From: Candidatus Heimdallarchaeota archaeon | Lineage (GTDB): Archaea > Asgardarchaeota > Heimdallarchaeia > Heimdallarchaeales > Heimdallarchaeaceae | DNA: 64,000 nt | Reading direction: 5' to 3' | Assembly: GCA_018238545.1 (NCBI GenBank) | Contig: JABCTC010000014.1 | Span: 1 to 64,000, forward strand | Shown here: positions 1 to 8,608 of the stretch, piece after piece | How positions within the stretch are numbered: the stretch's first letter is position 1 | Layout: every line of letters begins with the position of its first letter | Notes under the pieces: generated by a model | Databases searched by the model: none | Seen by the model: only the letters and a program-made list of their open reading frames with translations | What the model was told of the DNA's origin: nothing | Position numbers and translations under genes: made by a program

Positions 1-1
1 A

Positions 2-244
2 CTCCTGCTAGCTTTAGATGCCCTCAACATTAATAAAGATAAAGCAGCAATAGTTGGAGATTTTATAACAGATATAATAGCTGGTAAAAGTGCAGGAATA
101 AAAACAATAGCTATTTTAGGTGAGTATCCAGAAGTGAACCGGTTTCCTTTGGAAAGTGTAGAACCGCATATTATTGTCAATGATATAACTGAAATACCAA
201 ATATACTTCTCCAAATTTTTCATCCAAGCTTTCTATCTGTTTGA
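2..244 (+). CDS. HAD-superfamily hydrolase, C-terminal part (5'-truncated by window edge)
   Basis: Frame 2 reads ...DKAAIVGDFITDIIAGKSAGIKTIAIL...EPHIIVNDITEI...SV*, ending at TGA 242-244. GDxxxD motif IV and AGxxAG are typical of HAD-IA phosphatases. Confidence 0.8.
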   Translation, partial: LLLALDALNINKDKAAIVGDFITDIIAGKSAGIKTIAILGEYPEVNRFPLESVEPHIIVNDITEIPNILLQIFHPSFLSV

Positions 245-310
245 ATTTTTGAAAAAAACATAAATAAGGAAAACTTCAAAAATACTATTGAAAGGGATTG
301 TTAGACTGAA

Positions 311-793
311 ATGAAACGCAGCTTTAGATTTCCAGAACATTACCAATATCAATCTACGTCAGTTTGGTTAGAGGATACGGGTAGAGGTATATTCAAACTT
401 GGAATAACAGACTATGCTCAGTATGTTCTTGACGATATTATCTCAATTTCTTTTCCTGAAACAGGATATCTTATAGAGAAAGATGAGGAACTAGTCTCAA
501 TTGATTCAATCGAAGATACTTTAGTTATAATTTCCCCAATTGGAGGTACTATCTTAGAAATCAATGAAGAGTTAAGACAATCTCCAGAACTCCTAAATGA
601 AAGCCCACATGAGGATGGTTGGATTTTAGTAATTGAACTTAGCTCAGAAGATGATTTGGATCAATTGTATGATATAAATGAAATCTTAGATCAACATCAA
701 GAAGAACTTGCAGAAAATGGCTTTACCGACAATGAAGATGATTTTGATGAAGGATCATATGAGGACTTAGAAGATTCTAATTCTGACTTCTAA
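311..793 (+). CDS. Glycine cleavage H-protein-like protein lacking the lipoyl-lysine, with acidic C-terminal tail
   Basis: GITDYAQ, SPIGGTILEINEEL..SPELLNESPHEDGW are H-protein motifs. The ESVK lipoylation motif reads DSIE. Confidence 0.8.
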   Translation: MKRSFRFPEHYQYQSTSVWLEDTGRGIFKLGITDYAQYVLDDIISISFPETGYLIEKDEELVSIDSIEDTLVIISPIGGTILEINEELRQSPELLNESPHEDGWILVIELSSEDDLDQLYDINEILDQHQEELAENGFTDNEDDFDEGSYEDLEDSNSDF

Positions 794-982
794 ATTTGTA
801 CATTAACTTTCTCAATTATCTTGAACTAGAAACTTTTATATAATTTTATGATAAAAAACATTAAACTAAACTTGATGGGGCGTATCGTGACTTGGAATTT
901 CTATAACATCTTCTGAAAACCCCAAACTAAACAAGTTAACAGTAATTATTTTTTTAAACTATGTAATTAGGAGAGGTAAACA

Positions 983-2473
983 ATGAGTGATTTAGAAGAT
1001 AAAGTAGCTTTACCACCTGAAGCTATCAAATTGTATAAAAGAATTAGTTCTTTGAAAGAAATTTCTATGAAAGAACTTGAGAAAGAAATGCAACTTGATC
1101 GCGGAAAAATGGAGTATCTTCTTTCTTTCTTAATTTCAAATGCACTTGTAGAACGAACAACAACAGTTAATCAGAAGTATATATTGACAGATGCTGGAAA
1201 ACAAGCTGCAGAGAAAGGATTGATTGAAAGACTGATTGTAACTGCACTTTTGAATAAACAATCGCTAAATTTCAGCGAACTAGCGAAAATCTTAGAATGC
1301 AATAAACAGGAAATGAATGCTGGCATAGGATATTTGAAGAAACTAGGATTACTTCAAATCATCCAAGGAAAACTGTCCTTGCTTGATGAAAAAATTGAAA
1401 TCAACGAAGCTATGCAAGAAGTGTTAAAAGAGCTATCAAAAGGTAATGAAGTTGATATTACTCAACATCAAAAAGAATTGATTCAAAGAAATCTTGCGTT
1501 TGTTGAGGAAATTAAGGATTCAATTTTAAAAATAATAATACCTTATTCCAAGAGCAAATCAATGATTACAGAATCTATTGATAAAAGTCGCTTAACACCC
1601 GCAATGATAAGAAACGGGTCCTGGAAGACAACAAAACTAAGATCTTACAATCTTGATGGTGATCCACCCAAATATTATCCTGGTAGAAAACAACCATATG
1701 CACAGTTTCTTGATGAAGTAAAACAAAAACTCGCTGCTCTTGGATTTCAAGAAATGCGTGGTCCAATAGTTGAGCTGGAGTACTGGAATTTTGATGCTCT
1801 CTTTCAAGCACAAGATCATCCTGCTCGAGAATGGTCTGATGTATATAGAGTTGCTAATCCAAAGCTAGGGAAACTTCCCAAAGAAAAACATGTCAAACTC
1901 GTTCAAAAATCTCATGAGGATGGATATGATACTGGAAGCAAAGGGTGGAGATACAAATGGTCTCCCGAGAAAAGTGCAAGATTAGTTTTAAGAGCACACG
2001 GTACATCAGTGAGTGCAAGAACTTTAGTCGGTCTTACTGTACCTTCAAAATACTTCAGTATCTCTCGATGTTTTAGACCTGATACTGTCGATGCAACTCA
2101 TCTTTCAGAATTTAATCAAGCTGAAGGTATTGTTGCAGACCCATCTATAACATTCAGAGATTTGCTGGGAATATTGGAAACTTTTGCTCTAGATGTAGCA
2201 GAAACTGATAAATTTTTGTTCAAACCAGATTACTATCCTTTCACAGAGCCTTCTGTCGAGCTTAGTGTCCGTGATCCCAAATTGGGTAACATTGAATTTG
2301 GTGGCGCTGGAATCTTTCGACCAGAAGTTGTTAGACCATTCGATATTGAAGTTCCCGTTATTGCATGGGGATTAGGCATTGACAGACTCTTCATGGTGAA
2401 AAATGGAATAACTGACATAAGAGAATTATTCAGTCATAAAATGGAGTGGTTACGCTCAGCAAAGATGTCTTAA
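983..2473 (+). CDS. pheS: Phenylalanine--tRNA ligase alpha subunit (archaeal type)
   Basis: WNFDALFQAQDHPARE, FRPDTVDATHLSEFNQAEG, YPFTEPS, GAGIFRPE, AWGLGIDRL. SD-like GGAGAGG upstream. Confidence 0.97.
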   Translation: MSDLEDKVALPPEAIKLYKRISSLKEISMKELEKEMQLDRGKMEYLLSFLISNALVERTTTVNQKYILTDAGKQAAEKGLIERLIVTALLNKQSLNFSELAKILECNKQEMNAGIGYLKKLGLLQIIQGKLSLLDEKIEINEAMQEVLKELSKGNEVDITQHQKELIQRNLAFVEEIKDSILKIIIPYSKSKSMITESIDKSRLTPAMIRNGSWKTTKLRSYNLDGDPPKYYPGRKQPYAQFLDEVKQKLAALGFQEMRGPIVELEYWNFDALFQAQDHPAREWSDVYRVANPKLGKLPKEKHVKLVQKSHEDGYDTGSKGWRYKWSPEKSARLVLRAHGTSVSARTLVGLTVPSKYFSISRCFRPDTVDATHLSEFNQAEGIVADPSITFRDLLGILETFALDVAETDKFLFKPDYYPFTEPSVELSVRDPKLGNIEFGGAGIFRPEVVRPFDIEVPVIAWGLGIDRLFMVKNGITDIRELFSHKMEWLRSAKMS

Positions 2474-2482
2474 GGTGATACT

Positions 2483-4177
2483 ATGGTTTCAATAAAAACA
2501 AGTTATACGAAGATGAAAGAATTACTCGGGAAAGATGTTACTATCGAAGAATTAGATGATCTTCTAGCATTTGCAAAGTCAGAAATCGATGACTATGTTG
2601 AAGAGGAAGACATGCTAGTGATTGACATAAAAACTAGTATTAGACCAGATCTATGGTGTCCAGAAGGAATGGTAAGGGAAATCAAAGGAATCCTTGAACA
2701 AGAAGCAGGAATTCCTGAATATGAGGTGAAGAAAAGCAATTACAAGGTAATTGTAGATCCAAAACTTGCAACTTCTCGTCCATATATTGCATGTGCTATA
2801 GCAAAGAATCTTAACCTAACTGATTATTCCATTAAACAGCTGATGCAACATTCAGAGAAAATTGATAACTCATATGGAAGAAAGAGAAAACGATCATCAA
2901 TTGGAATGTATAACCTTTCAATGATCGAATCACCAATTGAATACAAGGTGATTGATAAATCACATAAATTCGTACCTTTGGAACATGAAGAAGAAATGGA
3001 TTTACCAACAATATTGGAAAAACATGAGAAAGGACATGAATTTGGTGATATTGTAAAAGGATACGGGCATTATCCGCTCCTTCTTTCAGCTAATGGAACG
3101 ACTCTTTCCCTTCCTCCTGTGATAAATAGTGATGATGTAGGGAGAATAACAGAAGATACCAAAGAATTTCTTATTGAAGTAACTGGAACAAATTACGAAA
3201 CAGTTAATGTTGTTCTTAATATACTATGTCAAAACATGGTGGATTATGGTTCAGATATTTATAGCGTTGAGATAATCTACCCTCCAGAAATTAGAAAAGA
3301 AAATGAAGTAACTCCTCTTCTGAAGAAAGAAACAATAATTGTTGATTTAGACAAGATTAACAGAGATCTAGGTGTTAATCTAACTCCTGATGAAGTGATA
3401 GCTGCATTAAGGAAAAGAAGATTTGAATGTAAAGCAACAGGCAAGTCCGAACTTGAAGTAGAAATACCACCTTACCGAAAAGACATTTTACACTGGGTTG
3501 ATATAGTAGAGGAAGTTGCAATAGCATTAGATTACAATAAAATTGGCGCAACAAAATGGGAGGTTATAACAACTGGGGGACTTCTACCAGAAACTGAAAG
3601 CGAAAACAAGGTACGAAGTATTCTAGTTGGTTCTGGAGGGATTGAGATATTTTCCAATATTCTAACTGAACCAGAGATTTTGACTACGAATGTTAATTTG
3701 ACAAAAGTAGATTTAGTCAAATTGCAAAACCCTGTTAGTTCAACGTACAGCGTGCTTAGAGACAGACTCTTTCCTCTCTTAATTAATGTTCTATCAAAGA
3801 ATACTCATGAAACCTATCCTCAATTAATTTTTGAGGTAGGTGAAGTAGTTAAGATTCTAGGTAAAAGAGTTCTAACACAGACTCATGCATCTTTTGGTTT
3901 TGCAGGAGCAGAGGCTAGCTTCGAAGATGTTCATAAGCGATTACACATGATGCTAGATTTGCTAGATACAGAGTACAAAATCGAACCGATATCACACCCA
4001 ACTTTCACAGAAGGAAGAAGTGGTAAAATAATAATTGCTGAAAAAACATGTGGAATTATTGGAGAAATTCATCCTAGTGTGTTGGAGCTGAACCAAATTT
4101 GGGTTCCGGTCGTTGTCTTCGAAATCCAATTGCCCTCTATACCTACATTGAACTGTAAAAAGAAATTCACTGATTAA
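2483..4177 (+). CDS. pheT: Phenylalanine--tRNA ligase beta subunit
   Basis: RPDLW, SLPPVINS, IEVTGT, PPYRKDILHWVDIVEE, GEIHP. Lies 9 nt after pheS with GGTGA SD. Confidence 0.96.
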   Translation: MVSIKTSYTKMKELLGKDVTIEELDDLLAFAKSEIDDYVEEEDMLVIDIKTSIRPDLWCPEGMVREIKGILEQEAGIPEYEVKKSNYKVIVDPKLATSRPYIACAIAKNLNLTDYSIKQLMQHSEKIDNSYGRKRKRSSIGMYNLSMIESPIEYKVIDKSHKFVPLEHEEEMDLPTILEKHEKGHEFGDIVKGYGHYPLLLSANGTTLSLPPVINSDDVGRITEDTKEFLIEVTGTNYETVNVVLNILCQNMVDYGSDIYSVEIIYPPEIRKENEVTPLLKKETIIVDLDKINRDLGVNLTPDEVIAALRKRRFECKATGKSELEVEIPPYRKDILHWVDIVEEVAIALDYNKIGATKWEVITTGGLLPETESENKVRSILVGSGGIEIFSNILTEPEILTTNVNLTKVDLVKLQNPVSSTYSVLRDRLFPLLINVLSKNTHETYPQLIFEVGEVVKILGKRVLTQTHASFGFAGAEASFEDVHKRLHMMLDLLDTEYKIEPISHPTFTEGRSGKIIIAEKTCGIIGEIHPSVLELNQIWVPVVVFEIQLPSIPTLNCKKKFTD

Positions 4178-5126
4178 TCGGAAGTTTTGTCTTCTTTTTT
4201 TTCTTTTCTGCTTTTTTCTCTTGTTTATCAAGCATTACTATTCTTTCCCAAATCTTATCCATGATTTTTTTCAATGCCTCACTACTCTCGGATGTTTCAA
4301 TTATTGGGATTTTTACTTTTGTTGCTTCTTCAACAAGATAAGTCTGAATATTCCTGATTTCAGAGAAGGCGTTAATATACCGATCAGGTTTCCTAAGTTC
4401 TACTTCTGTACCTCTTTCTTGGATTCTTCTTTTGTGCTCCTCTTCCTCTTCTAGATATAAGAGAATCAATATAACATGAGCTTCATCCAATACTGAAGGA
4501 TTCAGTATATTTGGTGCTAAGTGAACACCTTCAATGATTGAATTTTCCCTAGAATAAAGAGCAGTTTGAATTGCTGATTCGACTCCAACAATAACATGAC
4601 GGCATTGTTCCTCGTATCCTACTATCGACTGTCTAAGAATAGGGTTAAGTTTAGGTTTCAATTTTTTATAAGCTTCATAGCTGCTTGAATGAAGCTCTGG
4701 GATTAGTTTTGAGGAAATTGTTTGTCGAAGAACCTGTCTTATCATATCAGTACCTATAATGTGAGAAATTTCCAATCTTTGGGACAGTTGTGAAGCTATT
4801 GTGCTCTTTCCAATACCTGGGACTCCTGCAAGCAAAATGATAATCGGTTTGTAATTTTGCCCCCCCTCGAATACGATATATCTTTCCGCAATTTTAGGGT
4901 CAATGCTTTTAATTTCAGAAGTTATAATTTGAACTAGTTCTTCCTTACTTATAGGCTCTGAAGATACGCTAACAATTTGTTCTACTCTGCTCGCTATTTC
5001 AAATACTAGGTTGGGATCCATTCCAATAGAATTTAAAGAAGTTGACAATATACCTTTTGAGAAATATTCGTACCTATCCTTTCTAAGTTGGATTTTGAGG
5101 AAATTTTCATGTTGATCCGAATTCAT
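4167..5126 (-). CDS. 2-phosphoglycerate kinase-family P-loop kinase with ATP-cone-like N-terminus
   Basis: FSKGIL N-terminus, GVPGIGKST Walker A, IGTDMIRQ, PELHSSSY, IIEGVHL. Confidence 0.85.
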   Translation of the reverse strand: MNSDQHENFLKIQLRKDRYEYFSKGILSTSLNSIGMDPNLVFEIASRVEQIVSVSSEPISKEELVQIITSEIKSIDPKIAERYIVFEGGQNYKPIIILLAGVPGIGKSTIASQLSQRLEISHIIGTDMIRQVLRQTISSKLIPELHSSSYEAYKKLKPKLNPILRQSIVGYEEQCRHVIVGVESAIQTALYSRENSIIEGVHLAPNILNPSVLDEAHVILILLYLEEEEEHKRRIQERGTEVELRKPDRYINAFSEIRNIQTYLVEEATKVKIPIIETSESSEALKKIMDKIWERIVMLDKQEKKAEKKKKKTKLPINQ

Positions 5127-5296
5127 GTTAACCCAAATTATTAATCACCTCTAATAATATAACTGTTTCTTCGAGGAAAAAGTTTTTTGAATATCTGTCT
5201 AATTTTCTTTCTTTTTTCTGAATCCGGTGCTTTTAAATAGGAATTTAGGTAGTGATTTAATTAGAGCTGAATTAAGAAAATAGAAGGAACAAGCTT

Positions 5297-6193
5297 ATGG
5301 AAACAGAAACTCAAATATTCATTCAAGATAGAGATAAGAGGCTATTTTCCCGAGGAATATTAGCTAAAAAACTTAGATTATTAGGAATTCCTTCTTCAGC
5401 TGGATATGAAATATCTATTCAAGTGTATAATGAGATTGCTAGACTTAAAGAAACAAACATTGAAAAAAATATACTTGATGATGTTGTTTTTGACATACTA
5501 AAATCCAGTAATTATAAGGAATGTGCAGATAAATATATGCTTGTTGAAAAGTGGAAAGCATCATCCATGCCTTTGTGGATTCTTATTGCAGGTGCAATAG
5601 GTGTTGGAAAAAGCACACTATCGCAGAAGATAGCTGGTGATCTGGGTATTCAACATGTTATAGGGACTGATGTTGTTAGAGATATTTTGCGGAAAATATT
5701 GTCAGTCGATGTCATGCCGGAATTGCATTCTCCCTCTTATAGTGCATATAAAACTCTGAGACCAATTTATAGCAGTAGATTTGAGGAGGTGCTACTAGGG
5801 TTTGAAAATCATTCCAAATATGTTAATCTAGGTGTAGAGGCCGTTCTTTCTAGAGCTGCCACTGAATCCGTGTCAATAATAATTGAAGGAGAACACCTTT
5901 TACCTGCTCTGTTTGATGAAACTATCCTCTCACAACCAAACGTACTATATATGACAATTGCAATTCCAGATCCTCTGTTGCACAAGGAGAATCTAAGTTC
6001 ACAGTACACCAAAGAAAGAGATGATTTAATAAACCACTTTAATGATATAAGGAAAATACACGATCACATTGTTAATGAAACACGAATTCGAAAGTTGCCC
6101 GTTGTTGAAACAAGTAGGGATTTGAACCCACTAGATACTGTAAGAAAAATTGTTGTGGACAAAATCGTTTCTATGGTTACAACTAAATCATAA
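5297..6193 (+). CDS. 2-phosphoglycerate kinase-family P-loop kinase (paralog of divergent neighbour)
   Basis: FSRGIL, GAIGVGKST, IGTDVVRD, PELHSPSY, IIEGEHL. Confidence 0.85.
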   Translation: METETQIFIQDRDKRLFSRGILAKKLRLLGIPSSAGYEISIQVYNEIARLKETNIEKNILDDVVFDILKSSNYKECADKYMLVEKWKASSMPLWILIAGAIGVGKSTLSQKIAGDLGIQHVIGTDVVRDILRKILSVDVMPELHSPSYSAYKTLRPIYSSRFEEVLLGFENHSKYVNLGVEAVLSRAATESVSIIIEGEHLLPALFDETILSQPNVLYMTIAIPDPLLHKENLSSQYTKERDDLINHFNDIRKIHDHIVNETRIRKLPVVETSRDLNPLDTVRKIVVDKIVSMVTTKS

Positions 6194-6196
6194 TTC

Positions 6197-6203
6197 TTTA
6201 AAA
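6197..6203 (+). promoter_or_regulatory. Putative TATA box for the C/D sRNA
   Basis: TTTAAAA centred about 25 nt upstream of the sRNA 5' stem. Confidence 0.45.
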
Positions 6204-6224
6204 CTCATTTGAATAAATAACATA

Positions 6225-6279
6225 GCCAATGATGTAGTTGCAACGATCTGAAGAATGATGATCGACTTTTGTCTGAGGC
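6225..6279 (+). ncRNA. Box C/D 2'-O-methylation guide sRNA
   Basis: GCC-A-[C: ATGATGT 6229-35]-12-nt guide AGTTGCAACGAT-[D': CTGA 6248-51]-AGA-[C': ATGATGA 6255-61]-11-nt guide TCGACTTTTGT-[D: CTGA 6273-76]-GGC. Terminal GCC/GGC stem, intergenic, canonical archaeal spacing. Confidence 0.9.
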
Positions 6280-6295
6280 GCTAAATGTGATTTAA

Positions 6296-6571
6296 ATGAC
6301 AAAATACTGCTATTTACACAAATCCAAGGAATCTTTCAAAGAATGTGATAGTTGTGGTAATGACATTTGTCATGATTGTTCAGAAACATACTGGAATACT
6401 AATGCGATTTCTTCAATGTTCATGCCAAAAAAAACACCAGAGGAGAAACTAACTTTGTGTCCAAAATGCTTGAGAAAAGCAAAAATGAAAAATGCATCCG
6501 TGGCTTCCTTCTTGTTACTAATGGTTATTGGTTTTGTTGTTCTTACTATTTTACTAGCTCGATCAGGCTAG
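6296..6571 (+). CDS. Small B-box-type zinc-finger protein with C-terminal transmembrane helix
   Basis: CYLH..CDSC..CHDC..CPKC, followed by hydrophobic FLLLMVIGFVVLTILLA. Confidence 0.7.
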   Translation: MTKYCYLHKSKESFKECDSCGNDICHDCSETYWNTNAISSMFMPKKTPEEKLTLCPKCLRKAKMKNASVASFLLLMVIGFVVLTILLARSG

Positions 6572-6587
6572 AAAGGTACTAGCTTGA

Positions 6588-7517
6588 TTATGAATCATCT
6601 TTTTTCTGATCTTCATCATTGAATTCAGTTGAGTCTTCTTCAATGTCTTCTGCAACATATTCTACGTCTATCTCTTCAATTTCCTTTAATAGATCAGCAT
6701 TACATATGGGGCATTCTGAGAAATTACTGGAAATAATAGATCCACAGGAAAAACATGTAATAGGAACATATTCATCACTTTCCCAATTGTAACTATAAGG
6801 CTTCTTCCCCCATGTTTTTTCCTTCCATTTTTCTATGTCTACTTCTCCATCTCCTTTTAAGAATTTTTTAATATCTGTTTCTAATGTTAACTTTAATCTT
6901 CTTTTTGATTGAAATTTATACAAAAAGACTAGGAGCGGAAATACAATAATATGAACAACCAAGAATATGAGATAAACTAATCCAAAAGATTGGGTATCAT
7001 AATTAGTAATAAGACTAGAAATAAATAAGGACAGAATCATAGTAGTAATTGCCATCGTAATCAATTCAATTATGACAAAAATAAGAACTGCAAAAAGAGC
7101 AATAACTCCTATATCTAAAGTGATGATTTGAATTTTGTCTAGGGCACCTAAAGTTTTCGTATCTGCCTTTAGATACTCACTATACGCTCTTAATTTATTG
7201 AATCTAGTACGAGTTAATAGGAATGTCAATAGGATTGTAGCGCATAAAAACACAAAGAAAAGTACAAAGATTAACCACCATCTGTTTGCAATGTAACCTA
7301 AAGCATTAACGCCACCACTGATCTTACCCAAGAGCTGAAGGTCCGCCGATCTGAGATAAGGATACACTCCTCCAGACATGCCAAACATGTAAAGAAGGTA
7401 GTAAAAGAATACAAACAAAATAGAAATAAATTCTCCTAATTCGTGATTCCTTTTTTTGTTTATTTCTTCTTCTTTATCCCATGGGAAAATAATCTGTAAA
7501 ATTTCAGGCATTAACAA
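6588..7517 (-). CDS. Integral membrane protein (~4 TM) with C-terminal Zn ribbon and acidic tail
   Basis: Long hydrophobic segments, CFSC...CPIC, D/E-rich end. Confidence 0.7.
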   Translation of the reverse strand: MLMPEILQIIFPWDKEEEINKKRNHELGEFISILFVFFYYLLYMFGMSGGVYPYLRSADLQLLGKISGGVNALGYIANRWWLIFVLFFVFLCATILLTFLLTRTRFNKLRAYSEYLKADTKTLGALDKIQIITLDIGVIALFAVLIFVIIELITMAITTMILSLFISSLITNYDTQSFGLVYLIFLVVHIIVFPLLVFLYKFQSKRRLKLTLETDIKKFLKGDGEVDIEKWKEKTWGKKPYSYNWESDEYVPITCFSCGSIISSNFSECPICNADLLKEIEEIDVEYVAEDIEEDSTEFNDEDQKKDDS

Positions 7518-7604
7518 AAACTCTACTAGTTAAGAGTATTAAATGTATCTAAAAAGTTTTAAAAAATAGGTTTTTAAAAGATAGATACTAGCGTTTTTTA
7601 TCAG

Positions 7605-8606
7605 ATGATCTCTATTGGAATTGAAAGCTCTGCAGATAAGTTGGGGATAGGTATAATATCTGCTACAGGTGATATATTAGCTAATATTAGAAGAACCTAC
7701 AAACCACCACACGGCAGTGGAATCCATCCAAGAGAAGCAGCTGAATTCCATTCTTCTTATATTGCAGAAGCAATAAGAGATGCATACGTGGAAGCAAACC
7801 TTAAACCTAAAGATGTTGATTTGATTTCTTTTACTAAAGGACCTGGTCTAGGACCATGCTTAAGAGTAGGCGCAGTTGCTTCAAGAACACTTGCTTTGAC
7901 AACGGGGAAGCCAATAATTGCAGTAAATCATCCTATAGCTCATGTAGAAATAGGTCGATTGATAGGTAATATGGATGATCCTGTTGTGCTTTATGTATCT
8001 GGAGGAAACACTCAAGTTATTGCATACTCTCATGGAAGATATCGTGTTTTTGGAGAAACACTAGATATTCCAGTAGGTAATTGTTTGGATGTTTTCGGGA
8101 GAAATGCAGGTTTAAGTGATAAAGAGATGCCAATGGGCAGAGTGATAGAATTAGAGGCAGAAAAAGGAACAGAATATATCCCTATTCCTTATGTAATCAA
8201 AGGTATGGATGTTTCATTCTCAGGTATTTTAACTCACGTTACAAAGCTTTTACAGAGTAATGAGTATAAACTTACAGATTTAGCTTATAGTCTGCAAGAG
8301 ACAGTATTTGCCATGTTAGTTGAAGTAACAGAGAGAGCCTTAGCTCACACTAAGAAATCTGAGGTTCTTGCTTGTGGTGGAGTAGCTTCTAACAAAAGAT
8401 TAAAGGAAATGTTAGCAGATATGTCATCTTCCCATGGGAGCGGTGCTAAGTTTACAGGTTTAGATGCAAATCTAGCAATAGATAACGGTGTTATGATAGC
8501 TTGGTTAGGTCTTATTATGTATAATTCTGGTAACAGAACAAATTTGAGCGATACTCTTGTAGATCAACATTTTAGACCAGATGATGTAGTAGTAAATTGG
8601 AGATAG
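7605..8606 (+). CDS. kae1: tRNA N6-threonylcarbamoyltransferase Kae1 (KEOPS)
   Basis: GIESSA, GIHPREAAEFH, GPGLGPCL, VNHPIAHVEIG, LYVSGGNTQ, GETLDI, DNGVMIAW. Confidence 0.96.
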   Translation: MISIGIESSADKLGIGIISATGDILANIRRTYKPPHGSGIHPREAAEFHSSYIAEAIRDAYVEANLKPKDVDLISFTKGPGLGPCLRVGAVASRTLALTTGKPIIAVNHPIAHVEIGRLIGNMDDPVVLYVSGGNTQVIAYSHGRYRVFGETLDIPVGNCLDVFGRNAGLSDKEMPMGRVIELEAEKGTEYIPIPYVIKGMDVSFSGILTHVTKLLQSNEYKLTDLAYSLQETVFAMLVEVTERALAHTKKSEVLACGGVASNKRLKEMLADMSSSHGSGAKFTGLDANLAIDNGVMIAWLGLIMYNSGNRTNLSDTLVDQHFRPDDVVVNWR

Positions 8607-8608
8607 TT

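Noticed and set aside
871-923. Second box C/D sRNA upstream of pheS
   Set aside because: Box C is degenerate (TTGATGG), there is no recognisable C' box and the spacing is non-canonical. Kept only as a weak leader candidate.
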